In this document: piece after piece, positions 18,948-28,416 of the stretch
How positions within the stretch are numbered: the first letter of the stretch is position 1
Layout: the number at the start of each line of letters is the position of its first letter
NCBI GenBank assembly: GCA_029856435.1
Contig: JAHQXB010000024.1
Location: 1 to 36,520, forward strand
Direction: 5' to 3'
Length of the DNA: 36,520 bases
From: Candidatus Jordarchaeia archaeon
Lineage (GTDB): Archaea > Asgardarchaeota > Jordiarchaeia > Jordiarchaeales > Jordiarchaeaceae
The notes under the pieces: model-generated
The model's input: the letters and a program-made list of their open reading frames with translations, nothing else
What the model was told of the DNA's origin: nothing
The model's database searches: none
Program-made: the position numbers and the translations under genes

Positions 18948-20282
18948 ATGAGCAGGCAGGAAACATACAGTTTCTTCAAGAGAGATTACTGCACCGAGTG
19001 CGGCGACTGCCTCGTGAAGTGCCCGGTAATGCAGCTATCTCCACCAGAAGCTAAAAGAGAAATTCGGAGATTGATTAACTCTGAAAAAACAAAGCATGTG
19101 CTCACCAAGTGTACTACCTGTTTCTCCTGTAACATTTATTGCCCACAGAAAGCAGACCCCTACGAGTTAATCTTGATGAGATGGTTTGAAAGATACAGAA
19201 AAAATGGTCTAGGCCAAACAATGAAACTCCTATCACCCAATCATCCACGAAACCTTTGGTCAGCCCTCTGGAAGAAATTCCCCGAGGACGAGAAAAAAAG
19301 GATTCAGTCATGGGCCAATCCCCAGAAATCCGACTTGGTAATAATTGGGGGAGGCATGACTAGCTTTGTTCCCTACATTACACAATCCAAAATTTTGGAA
19401 AACGTCACTTTTGTGGGCACCGGGGATTTCTGGACCAGCGGAGGCCTTTACTATCAGCTGGGTTTGTTTGACGTGGTGGAGCAGGCAGGAAGGCGTGTGG
19501 AGAAGCAACTCGGAAAAGTGGGCGCAAAAAGGGTAATTCCCTTCTACGTTGGCGAATACGTTATGCTCAAAAAAATATTGCCTCAAAAATTTGGCATAAG
19601 ATTCAATTTTCAAGTGCAGCCCTTTGAGGAGTGGCTGCTGGAGAGAATCAAGAGGGGGGAAGTGAAACTAAAGTCGAAGGTTAAAATGAAGGTCACCCTC
19701 CACGATTCCTGCTGGTCTAAGGCGGCGGGAGAGGAATTCTTCGAAACTGTCAGAAATTTACTGAGTGCCACAGGTGTAGAATTGGTTGAGATGAAGCACC
19801 ATAAGGAAAACTCTCTGTGCTGCGGCTTCGGAGCCGGCGCCGGCCGCTACAGTATGCTGGACATCATAAGCTATGCAGGTAAAAGATTTAAAGAGGCGGA
19901 GGAAACCGGTGCAGACGCCTTAGTGGTTCACTGCGCTGGATGCCTGTGGATAATGTCAGTGGCAAAAGAACTCTTAGGAGTTAAGATGCCCATATACCAT
20001 GTTTTTGAGGTAGTCCAGTTGGCGGCGGGAGAACAGCCACTACATAGACACAGTGAGAGAGCATGGGACATAATTGGAACAGTTTTGGCTCACCCCATAG
20101 CAAACATAGTGAGAACCGGAAAAGGGTACTGGATTGCACCGTTCCCGCCCGAAATAGAGGACAGAACTGAACAGTTGGAGGACAAAACCATGCTCTCCAA
20201 ACTAATAACTCCTCTACTGAAACGGAATTCGGTCAAAAAATTAATCTCTAAAACATTTAGAATAATACTCTCATTGAGATAG
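18948..20282 (+). CDS. HdrD/GlpC-type Fe-S oxidoreductase (2x4Fe-4S plus CCG domains), paralog 1; first CCG domain degenerate
   Basis: CTECGDCLVKCP and CTTCFSCNIYCP; C-terminal CCG HDSC...LCCG...HCAGC. The N-terminal CCG lacks its cysteines. Confidence 0.88.
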   Translation: MSRQETYSFFKRDYCTECGDCLVKCPVMQLSPPEAKREIRRLINSEKTKHVLTKCTTCFSCNIYCPQKADPYELILMRWFERYRKNGLGQTMKLLSPNHPRNLWSALWKKFPEDEKKRIQSWANPQKSDLVIIGGGMTSFVPYITQSKILENVTFVGTGDFWTSGGLYYQLGLFDVVEQAGRRVEKQLGKVGAKRVIPFYVGEYVMLKKILPQKFGIRFNFQVQPFEEWLLERIKRGEVKLKSKVKMKVTLHDSCWSKAAGEEFFETVRNLLSATGVELVEMKHHKENSLCCGFGAGAGRYSMLDIISYAGKRFKEAEETGADALVVHCAGCLWIMSVAKELLGVKMPIYHVFEVVQLAAGEQPLHRHSERAWDIIGTVLAHPIANIVRTGKGYWIAPFPPEIEDRTEQLEDKTMLSKLITPLLKRNSVKKLISKTFRIILSLR

Positions 20283-20335
20283 AGTGTTTAATGTTTTAAC
20301 TTATATAAAAGTAAATTTACTTAGGAGACTAAAAA

Positions 20336-21553
20336 ATGGTGGCTGAGCAGAATCAGTATAGCTTCTTCAATGAGGAAGCGTGTACACGCTGCGGAGAATG
20401 TTTCTCGCGTTGCCCTGTTATGAAGCTTCCTTTAGAGGAGTCCAAGAGGGAAATTCAGAGGCTAATTGATGGTGAAAAGACGAAACATGTCTTGGAAAAA
20501 TGTGAATCGTGTTTTGCATGTAACTACTTCTGTCCGAATGGCTGTTTCCCCACGGAGCTAGTTCTGCAAAGGTGGTACGAGGAATATAAGGCGAAGGGGC
20601 TTCCTGAGAGGGCTCGTTGGTTCATTGCCCACGGGAAACCCAACTTCAGAACTTACGCACTTGATAGACTGCCTGAAGATGAGAAAAGAACTGTGGAGTC
20701 CTGGTCTAAATTTAAGAAAAGTGAAACCATACTCTACCCCGGATGCAATGTTATCACTATTCCTTCGCTTACCTACACTAGCCTCTTGAAAGAATACACT
20801 ATCATGGGTTCCCTGAATCTGTGCTGCGGAGAAACCTACTACCGTACGGGAATGTTTGACCAAGCCAAGCAAGCCGGTTTGAGGCTTGAGAAATGGTTTA
20901 AATGGATAGGGGCAAAAAAGGTAGTTATGCTGTGCACTGCAGGGTGCAACATGTTTACCAACGTTTTACCCAAAAGATTTGGCATAAAATTCGATTTTGA
21001 AGTGGTGCCCTTTTACAGAATACTCCTAGATAGACTCGAAAAGGGAGAAATTAAGGTGAAGGAGAAGCTCAACAAAACTGTAACCCTCCAAGACTCCTGC
21101 TATGGGCGGGCATTCGGCGATGAGTACCTTGATATACCTAGAAGAATATTGGAAATCATAGGGACGAAAGTTGTGGAGATGGAGTGCGCCCGGGACTGTG
21201 CTCTCTGCTGCGGAATAAGTGGAGGGTTCAGTTTCCCAAGAAGTTATCACCCTTGGACTTTGACTATGGCAACAATAAGGAGACTGAGACAGGCCGCGAA
21301 AACCCACGCCGACATTCTGGGCGTCTACTGCGCGGGTTGTCTACAGATGCTCTCGGTGGGGAAAAAGGTTTGGCCAATTAGGATGCCCATCTACCACCTA
21401 CTGGAATTGGTGCAGATGGCCATAGGTGAAAAACCGGAACATCGATGCTCACAGAGAGCCGGCACCATATTCAAGGGAGTTATTCTACATCAGTTTCCCA
21501 AAACACTGTCTCGGAAAAGATTCTGGGTAGAAGAAATAAAACCCGAATTTTAA
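20336..21553 (+). CDS. HdrD/GlpC-type Fe-S oxidoreductase (2x4Fe-4S plus two CCG domains), paralog 2
   Basis: CTRCGECFSRCP and CESCFACNYFCP; YPGC...LCCG...CTAGC; QDSC...LCCG...YCAGC. Confidence 0.9.
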   Translation: MVAEQNQYSFFNEEACTRCGECFSRCPVMKLPLEESKREIQRLIDGEKTKHVLEKCESCFACNYFCPNGCFPTELVLQRWYEEYKAKGLPERARWFIAHGKPNFRTYALDRLPEDEKRTVESWSKFKKSETILYPGCNVITIPSLTYTSLLKEYTIMGSLNLCCGETYYRTGMFDQAKQAGLRLEKWFKWIGAKKVVMLCTAGCNMFTNVLPKRFGIKFDFEVVPFYRILLDRLEKGEIKVKEKLNKTVTLQDSCYGRAFGDEYLDIPRRILEIIGTKVVEMECARDCALCCGISGGFSFPRSYHPWTLTMATIRRLRQAAKTHADILGVYCAGCLQMLSVGKKVWPIRMPIYHLLELVQMAIGEKPEHRCSQRAGTIFKGVILHQFPKTLSRKRFWVEEIKPEF

Positions 21554-21763
21554 ACTAAAAACTGGCAGAGCAGTAATACCCATTGGGCTACACACCAATC
21601 GCTGAGTGACTTGTTTAAATCCTTTCTATAGAGTTTCTCATTAATTTTTTCCTAAACCTATCCTTGACCGGGGTTATTTAAGGCTTCTTTTCCCAAAAAA
21701 AGGCGGGAAAAACCATACTTTCTGGAAGCGAAAAGGAAAAAAATTAAATGGAAAGTCTATATG

Positions 21764-22432
21764 TCATTTTCCTATGGCGCATACTTTTACGCAGATCCCA
21801 CAGATTAATTCGCTTGTGTCTAACTTTTTTCCCACTTTTTTCATGTGGCTAATACATTTTTTCTTGTCTGTAAGCCCGGTTTCCAGTGCGTTTGCAGGGC
21901 AGGATTTGACGCATAAGTCGCATTCTTCACAGAAATTTTCGGGGAGAGGTGGGTCGCCAGTTAGGGGGGCGTTGGTTACTATGGATGTGAGGCGTACTCT
22001 TGGTCCATAATCTTTGGTGATTAGGAGGTTGTTTCTGCCTAGGCAGCCGATTCCTGCAAGAACCGCCGCGTGGCGATGGGAAAGGTCTCCCCTATTCTCC
22101 TTAGTGTTGTAGGGGGAGGAAGCGGGAATTGCTACGGCTTTATATCCCTCACTTTCCAAAAAGAGGGCCACCCGCATTGCTATTGTGTTTAATTCTTGGT
22201 TTAATACGGAATAGTTTAAAAGGTACTCTCTGCTGGGAGCATTTCTTACTGCCCCCTTTAGGAGGGGAATTGCTAGAACCACCACACTTTTTGCATCTTT
22301 TAGAATGTCATTCGGCCTGTAGCCCTCAGGAGCCTCCTTGAACCCATCTGCTTTTGCAACTCCCACAATTTTAGCTCCCAAATCTTGGGCTAACCTCTTA
22401 ACCCTAGTAGTTAACTCGCCATTTTCACTCAT
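21764..22432 (-). CDS. QueG/reductive-dehalogenase-like 4Fe-4S (cobalamin-type) protein
   Basis: LSHRHAAVLAGIGCLGRNNLLITKDYGPRVRLTSIVT, CEECDLCVKSCP, CGICVKVC. True start ATG 22432 (MSENGE); the ORF-track extension overlaps the upstream gene. Confidence 0.88.
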   Translation of the reverse strand: MSENGELTTRVKRLAQDLGAKIVGVAKADGFKEAPEGYRPNDILKDAKSVVVLAIPLLKGAVRNAPSREYLLNYSVLNQELNTIAMRVALFLESEGYKAVAIPASSPYNTKENRGDLSHRHAAVLAGIGCLGRNNLLITKDYGPRVRLTSIVTNAPLTGDPPLPENFCEECDLCVKSCPANALETGLTDKKKCISHMKKVGKKLDTSELICGICVKVCAIGK

Positions 22433-22591
22433 TTTCGATACACGCTCAAACAAGTTTATGAAATAAGCCTCCGTCACTACCAAATAATTTAAATCGACAA
22501 GTTCCAAATACACGTCTAACAAATTAACCTGTTCATACATATTTGGAAAGGGAATCCGATGCGTTGAACAGTTTATTGGAGGGAGCAAGCA

Positions 22592-23419
22592 TTGAATATT
22601 GTCAAAGTTTCCTGTGTCCAGTTTGCTTACAAGCCTATTAGTGGATTTGAGGATTTTGAATCCAACGTGGAAAATCTCCTGAACAAGGCAAAGGGCTCCG
22701 ACTTTGTTGTTTTTCCCGAAACCTTCACTATGGAGCTCCAATACCTTATCCCAAATCACGATATAACCAGAATACATGAGTTTACTGAACAATACTTGGA
22801 ACTATTCACCCAGTTATCCAAAGAGAGAAAACAATACATTGTGGCAGGTTCACATAACACAAAGAAAAACAATAAGCAGTACAACACCAGCTACATGTTC
22901 TGTCCCGATGGACAAATATTTGAGCACAGCAAAACCCACCTATTCCCCCTAGAACCCTTCCTAGGAGTATCCCCAGGCGACACCATTGAAATTTTCCAAA
23001 CAAAAAAGGCAAAAGTAGGTATAGCTATATGCTACGAAATAGAGTTTCCAGAAGTGGTACGCATCCTCACACTAAAAGGAGCGGAGATTGTCTTTTGTCC
23101 CTCGTACACCATCGGCGAGCATGGCTTTTGGAGGGTTAGACACTGCTGCCAAGCAAGAGCCATAGAAAACCAAATCTACGTAGTCCACTCCTGCATGGTT
23201 GGAACGCCCCCGATTCCAGAGATGGCTGGCTGGGGAAGATCCTCAATACTAAGTCCATGCGAAGACCCATGGCCCCCAAACGGCGTTATAGCCGAAGCCA
23301 AAACCAATACAGAAATGGTTATACATGGAGAACTAGACCTGGAACTACTACATAAAAAGAGGGAAAACGGCTCAGCAACAACCCTTAAGGATCGCAGACC
23401 AGAACTCTACAAAAACTAG
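22592..23419 (-). CDS. nitrilase / carbon-nitrogen hydrolase family
   Basis: Catalytic triad motifs VFPE(T), HSKTHLF and ICYEIEFPE; RAIENQ. Confidence 0.93.
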
Positions 23420-23809
23420 TTTTGCTGCAGCCTCTCATTTAGATTCAACCTTTATAGATATTATCCAGCCCACCTGCAAGTCTACTGGAAACTTCTCTCG
23501 CTTCAGACCCGTTAGAAGCTGCAAACATTAGCTAAATTAAAACAACATTTTTTTATTTTGATGGTCTCCTCAACTTTGTTTACCAAAAATGGGTTCTTAA
23601 TGGTTTATTTTGTGGGTATTCTATCTTGAGAAATTGATGCGTATATTTGCGGCCATCACAAGAATTTTTTATGTAAGAATTGTGATGTGGTGCCTTAAAT
23701 GCAGGCTAACGGTGCCCGTTATGCAAATAGAGAATTTTTCGTTCTTTATCTAGGGTGGGATTGTAAGATTGCTTATTGGAGGGCGGGGAGAAAGATTGGG
23801 TGCGAAAAT

Positions 23810-24679
23810 TTAGTCCATGAACTTGCCTGTTAGCCAGTTTACTCTCTTTTTACAGTAGGGGCAAGTGTCCATTCCAGGCTCGACCATAACTGTGCTTCCG
23901 CAGGCAGGGCACAGCATTTCGACTTTTTCACTTATAATAAATCCTGGTGGGGTCTTTTTTAGTTCTGCTTCTATTTTTTGCTTCTTGGCTTCTTCCCGCT
24001 CCTTCATCATTTGGGATACCTTTGCCGAAATTGAGATGCCGCCTTTATCTTTAATCTCTCCTTTTGCGCTGGGAGTGGTTTTGGAGACGGTTTTAGCTTT
24101 GGATTTGGCTCCTGGTTCGGGGGGATTTAGGACGTCCCAAATTTTTTTGGCTAGTGATTTTTCCTTTACTACGCCAGTTACTTCTGTTTCTATGCCCACA
24201 TCATAGGATGGGGAGATTTCTTCTTCGTCTAGTTGTGCTCTTTCAGCTACTGTTAGGGGTATGGGCTTTAAGTCCATTTGTTTGTAGCTTTTTATAAGTC
24301 TTATTAGTCTAGTCATGTCTTCGGTGTCCATGCCCTTAATGGCTATGTGGTCAGATTTGAAAACTGACCATTTGCTCTCCTTGGGATATTTTATCTCTAA
24401 CTGTTTTTCCATCAGTCCCCCTATGGATACATCATCTATGTTTTCAAAGAAGATGCTGAATCCTCCGAATATCTCTTCTTCCGGTGAGGCGCGCATTATT
24501 TGGGCTAAGGTTCCCTTATCTCCATAGAATATGATTCGCATGTTTGTCAGGTATAGGTCGCCTCTGTTGGTCTGGAGGTTGAAGTCTTCGGCTTCCCCGA
24601 CAGTTACACCGCGCACCACATGTATCAGTTTTTCTCCTTTGAGAAGAAGTGGAGGCGTCTTTCCATGAATCCTTATCAT
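23810..24679 (-). CDS. GRAM/PH-like domain protein with low-complexity linker and C-terminal double zinc ribbon
   Basis: LLKGEKLI...GDLYLTNMRIIF...FSIFFENIDDV (GRAM/PH-like pattern); Lys/Ser/Thr-rich linker; CPACG...CPYC. Confidence 0.7.
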   Translation of the reverse strand: MIRIHGKTPPLLLKGEKLIHVVRGVTVGEAEDFNLQTNRGDLYLTNMRIIFYGDKGTLAQIMRASPEEEIFGGFSIFFENIDDVSIGGLMEKQLEIKYPKESKWSVFKSDHIAIKGMDTEDMTRLIRLIKSYKQMDLKPIPLTVAERAQLDEEEISPSYDVGIETEVTGVVKEKSLAKKIWDVLNPPEPGAKSKAKTVSKTTPSAKGEIKDKGGISISAKVSQMMKEREEAKKQKIEAELKKTPPGFIISEKVEMLCPACGSTVMVEPGMDTCPYCKKRVNWLTGKFMD

Positions 24680-24762
24680 ATCTATTACCCTTTCTCAAAC
24701 CTTTTTTTGATATAAAATTTTTCTAAATTAATGATTAGCATACCCAAATATAAAAATAAGGT

Positions 24763-25617
24763 TTAGGGCACAGTTAAATCCACATTTACCCACGGGCTTG
24801 GCCTGCCCTGCTCCCTTTTAAGTATTCTAAAACTGGGAGGGCTGTCTCGAGTTTCAATCACTGTTGAAAAGGTATCCATAATGAAGTCTCGAATTTCCTT
24901 TTCGAGCAATTCTGATTCAAAAATAGATATGGTTAGCAAATTGCGGAAACTAACCCTACCAAGCCTCTCTTCATATTCAAGAATCTTCTTTGGGAACAAG
25001 GCTTCCTCCTTCATATATTTTATAATCGAGTCTCTAATAACTATGAGGCCCTCGTAGCCCTCTTTTTTGGACTCCTCTAGCATATCTTTCAATTTATTTA
25101 TTAGCATGTAATCCTCTGTGAGGTCTTTATAAAGTTCTGCAATGTCACCAATGATGCAGGACTCCACACCAATTTTCTCAATCATTTTTCTCACGGTGTT
25201 GAGTCGGGCCCCTTTACTGATGGTGTAATAGTAAGATTTAATGTTTCTCTTACTGGCCGCCACAATTATGTGTATAGCCAAATATGTTGCGGTTCTCGGT
25301 TCACCTATGACTGCTACGTGATTTGTAAACTGTAGCCCACCACACAAGTATAGGTCTAGGTCTGTTATCCCACTAGAAAGCTTGTTAGGAATGGATCTGG
25401 CTACATCTGCGAGTTTATCGCAGGTGGTAATCATCAACTCTTCCGTTATTGGTTCACACCATACTCCCTTACAGATAGGCACCGAATAGTCTAAAGCACA
25501 ACGTGTAAGTTTACCTTCTTCCACTATCAGGTAGCGGCAGGGCTTCTCGTAGGAAAAGCCCAAGCAACTGACCAGTATTTCGGCGATGGATCTCAGCAAC
25601 AATAGTATTCTCCTCAA
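24763..25617 (-). CDS. RecA/KaiC-like ATPase-fold protein with a degenerate P-loop
   Basis: LSSGITDLDLYLCGGL (RadB/KaiC entry motif); Walker A position reads GEPRTATY instead of GxxGxGKT; Cys-rich N-terminus; start uncertain. Confidence 0.65.
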   Translation of the reverse strand: MRRILLLLRSIAEILVSCLGFSYEKPCRYLIVEEGKLTRCALDYSVPICKGVWCEPITEELMITTCDKLADVARSIPNKLSSGITDLDLYLCGGLQFTNHVAVIGEPRTATYLAIHIIVAASKRNIKSYYYTISKGARLNTVRKMIEKIGVESCIIGDIAELYKDLTEDYMLINKLKDMLEESKKEGYEGLIVIRDSIIKYMKEEALFPKKILEYEERLGRVSFRNLLTISIFESELLEKEIRDFIMDTFSTVIETRDSPPSFRILKREQGRPSPWVNVDLTVP

Positions 25618-25992
25618 CAGTTATTGTTAACTCCGGTGCCTAATTGGAGCATATGACTTCATCCATCCTTTTACTTAACTCAGCATCCCCGCGTTTCCAA
25701 ATAGTTAAACTCGCTGGGTTAACGGTTCGTGTAATGCACTTTTAGGTTCTTAAATGCTTCTCAAGGAAAAAAATATTTTTCCCTTTAAAAAATTTATCTT
25801 ATTATGTTTTGCCAAAAAAAGGGTTAAGTAATAAAAAAATTTACTTAAAAAACTTGAAAAAAAACATTTTTTTAAAAAAGAATTTAGAGATTCTAAAAAG
25901 CACGATTCGATTTCTAATTTTTGATGTATAGAGCTGGGCAATAAAGACTTTTGTAGCGAAAGTTTCCTTATTGCTTAAAATTGTTTTTTATC

Positions 25993-26478
25993 TTATAGGC
26001 ATTCTGGTGGAGGAAAACCGAACTCCTCCATGTGGTCAAATCCGATTTTAAAATTTGCCATAAGTTTTCTTATTTCTTCCTCAACTTCGCCAGCTTTTCT
26101 TATGGAGTCAAAGCTTTCCACGTGGTCTCCTATTTCCATTATGCAATCTGACACCGCATCAATCTCTTCCCCTATCCTCCGTTTAATCTCATCACACAGG
26201 CGAATCATCCCATCCACAAGCACCATAATTTCTTCCTGTCTTATTGAGCCCTTTAAATCCTCCAAGGCTATCGAAAGTTTATCACATTTTTTCATTCTCT
26301 CTGCCAAAAATTTGATTCTGTACTTCTCACACCACCACCTAAACTCAGTGATACTCATTTTCTGGGCCTCAGAGGGGGAGAGAAAAACTGTCTGAGGCCC
26401 TAATTCCTCAACCTCGTAGCGCCTCCATTCCAAAAAGGCTTTAACCACGAAGCCCCACAGCTCCATAGCCACAGACAA
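25993..26478 (-). CDS. hypothetical alpha-helical protein, co-oriented directly downstream of the CoA-transferase genes
   Basis: ATG about 30 bp after the beta-subunit stop; charged helical composition; no family recognised. Confidence 0.75.
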   Translation of the reverse strand: MSVAMELWGFVVKAFLEWRRYEVEELGPQTVFLSPSEAQKMSITEFRWWCEKYRIKFLAERMKKCDKLSIALEDLKGSIRQEEIMVLVDGMIRLCDEIKRRIGEEIDAVSDCIMEIGDHVESFDSIRKAGEVEEEIRKLMANFKIGFDHMEEFGFPPPECL

Positions 26479-26509
26479 GAATTGCCCTCCATGAAACAGA
26501 GTCTAGAAT

Positions 26510-27367
26510 TTATTTTGGCATTTCGGACTCAATTATTTCATCAAGAAGAGCGTCTCTCTCATCCGCAGGCAGAAACTCTAAACGCCTGATATTTAGGGGA
26601 TCAATTTCCTCCCTTATTATCCTTACCTGTTCCCTAGTGGGAGGCTCGGTGGTGGGTGTATCTTCGGGAATAATTAGTTCGAAGCCTGTTTTTTCCTGAA
26701 TTTCCCTCCTCGTTACCCCGGGATGCAGAGAAATAACTTTCATACGCTTAGTCTTCTCGTCAAAACCCAGAACTGCAAGGTCAGTAATTATGTGGTAAGG
26801 GCCTTTTCCCGGGAATCCCATCTGCTCCCTTGTAGTTTTCCCGTCTAGGAAACCTACGCCACTCACAAAGTCAATTTTGGGTGTGAAACACCTCTTATCA
26901 TGGCGAGGCACGTAGAGCAGAATCTTCTTGTAGGTGATTGAAACCTCAGGTATTCCAGCAGCCCCCGGAAGACGAACCTTGGGAGAATACCAGTCGCCAA
27001 TGCAGGTATTGTTGAAGTTTCCATACATATCTATTTGGGCCGGCCTGAAATACTCCACTGTTACTCTTCCAGAGGGCAGATGCTCCATAGTCACTTCCCC
27101 GCTGTGTTGAAAGCGCAACGCCCAAGTACTAACATATTTCTCGAAATATAGTAAAGATACCGGGCGAGTTTCAAGGACATAGGTGTTGCCCATATGAAAC
27201 ATGGGAGTACAGTGGGGGGCATGGGTTTTTTTGGCAAGAAGGTAAGCGTTGGTCACCAAGGGTGTAGCTATACCCTGCGCCATCACGTCATAGTCTTTAA
27301 TCTCTCTTGCCATACAAACAATAACCATTTCGTCTGTTGTAAAATCATTAGAATACATAGTCACCAA
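26510..27367 (-). CDS. family I CoA-transferase-fold beta subunit (GctB/IpdB-like)
   Basis: AQIDMYGNFN, RLPGAAG, HDKRCF, ITDLAVLGFDEKTKRM, SLHPGV, IREEIDP. Confidence 0.92.
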   Translation of the reverse strand: MVTMYSNDFTTDEMVIVCMAREIKDYDVMAQGIATPLVTNAYLLAKKTHAPHCTPMFHMGNTYVLETRPVSLLYFEKYVSTWALRFQHSGEVTMEHLPSGRVTVEYFRPAQIDMYGNFNNTCIGDWYSPKVRLPGAAGIPEVSITYKKILLYVPRHDKRCFTPKIDFVSGVGFLDGKTTREQMGFPGKGPYHIITDLAVLGFDEKTKRMKVISLHPGVTRREIQEKTGFELIIPEDTPTTEPPTREQVRIIREEIDPLNIRRLEFLPADERDALLDEIIESEMPK

Positions 27368-27370
27368 CTC

Positions 27371-28234
27371 CTAGAGAAGAATTTTAGAAAGGGTTGAGGC
27401 CCCTATGCGGTCCAGATACTCTTCATGAGTTTTAGTCTGGTAAACGTAAGTGTTGAGATACTCGGAAAATCCATTATTCCTCGACATTTCCAAATATTTT
27501 CTGATGTGCTTTATGTCATAAGTGTAAAATGGGAAGCAGGATGTGGGATGGGCTCCGAAGGGCGTACGAACTACAGCATCAACCATAAAGTGGGGAATGT
27601 TCGCCCTGCCCGGAGCGCGAATGATTTCCTCTGTTTCCACAATCTTCTCAGCAGAAATAACCACTTTCTTGCTGGCTTTGGCTAAGTCCTCATCTAACCA
27701 AACCGCACCATCAATGTGGGCATTACCCATCCTGTCCGCCATAGACACATGGATAATTGAAACATCTGGCTTTATGGGAGGAAGGGCCACAAGCTTCTCG
27801 CCGGAAAGGGGACAGGTGTACTCCTTAAGATCCTTTCTTACCTTCATAACATCGGTGCCTCTGATTCCCCTAGTTGGCAGATGAGGGACTTGGAGTAGGG
27901 TAGCCTTTAGGCCCAAAACAATTGTGAGTTCTGTTTCCTCAACTATCTCGAGTTCCCCGTTTTCGGAAGCCTTGCGAAAATTAGGCGCAAAGCCAAAGAG
28001 TTCAAAACCCACATAGCAACTTCTAATCTGCGAGGCACAGTGTGCACCTATAAGCATATCTGTGGGTAGTCCGGCTATAAAGGTCAAAATTCCCAGATTC
28101 TTGATACCTTGGCGTATAATTTCTCGAGTCAAAGCCATGGGGCGGCGGTAAAGGCTCATTCCTCCAATGCCCAGAAGATCACCGTCTTTAATTAAACTAG
28201 TCGCCTCACTCAGGGATATCAGTTTATCAGCCAA
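27371..28234 (-). CDS. family I CoA-transferase-fold alpha subunit (GctA/IpdA-like)
   Basis: IKDGDLLGIGG, PIKPDVSIIHVSMADRMGNA, VDAVVRTPFGAHPTSC. TTG start at 28234 follows AGGAGG. Confidence 0.92.
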   Translation of the reverse strand: MADKLISLSEATSLIKDGDLLGIGGMSLYRRPMALTREIIRQGIKNLGILTFIAGLPTDMLIGAHCASQIRSCYVGFELFGFAPNFRKASENGELEIVEETELTIVLGLKATLLQVPHLPTRGIRGTDVMKVRKDLKEYTCPLSGEKLVALPPIKPDVSIIHVSMADRMGNAHIDGAVWLDEDLAKASKKVVISAEKIVETEEIIRAPGRANIPHFMVDAVVRTPFGAHPTSCFPFYTYDIKHIRKYLEMSRNNGFSEYLNTYVYQTKTHEEYLDRIGASTLSKILL

Positions 28235-28416
28235 CCTTTTTCCTCCTAAAAATGGAAGGCAAATATGGTGAAAAACATCTGAATTCACAAAGCTTAAAAG
28301 TTTTTTTGCAGAGAACCCCAACGGTGTATTCTGCTTGCGCTCACCATATGAAAAATAAATTTATGGGGCTCTACCCATTTTAGGCTCAAAAAGAGGGGGA
28401 GCTTATATTGTGACAC

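Noticed and set aside
22433-22792. N-terminal 120-aa extension of the QueG-like ORF
   Set aside because: It overlaps the nitrilase gene in another frame; homology begins at MSENGE (22432).
25671-25730. Hairpin TTAACTCAGC/GCTGGGTTAA upstream of the KaiC-like gene
   Set aside because: A single stem with no flanking duplication or recognisable family; insufficient for a call.
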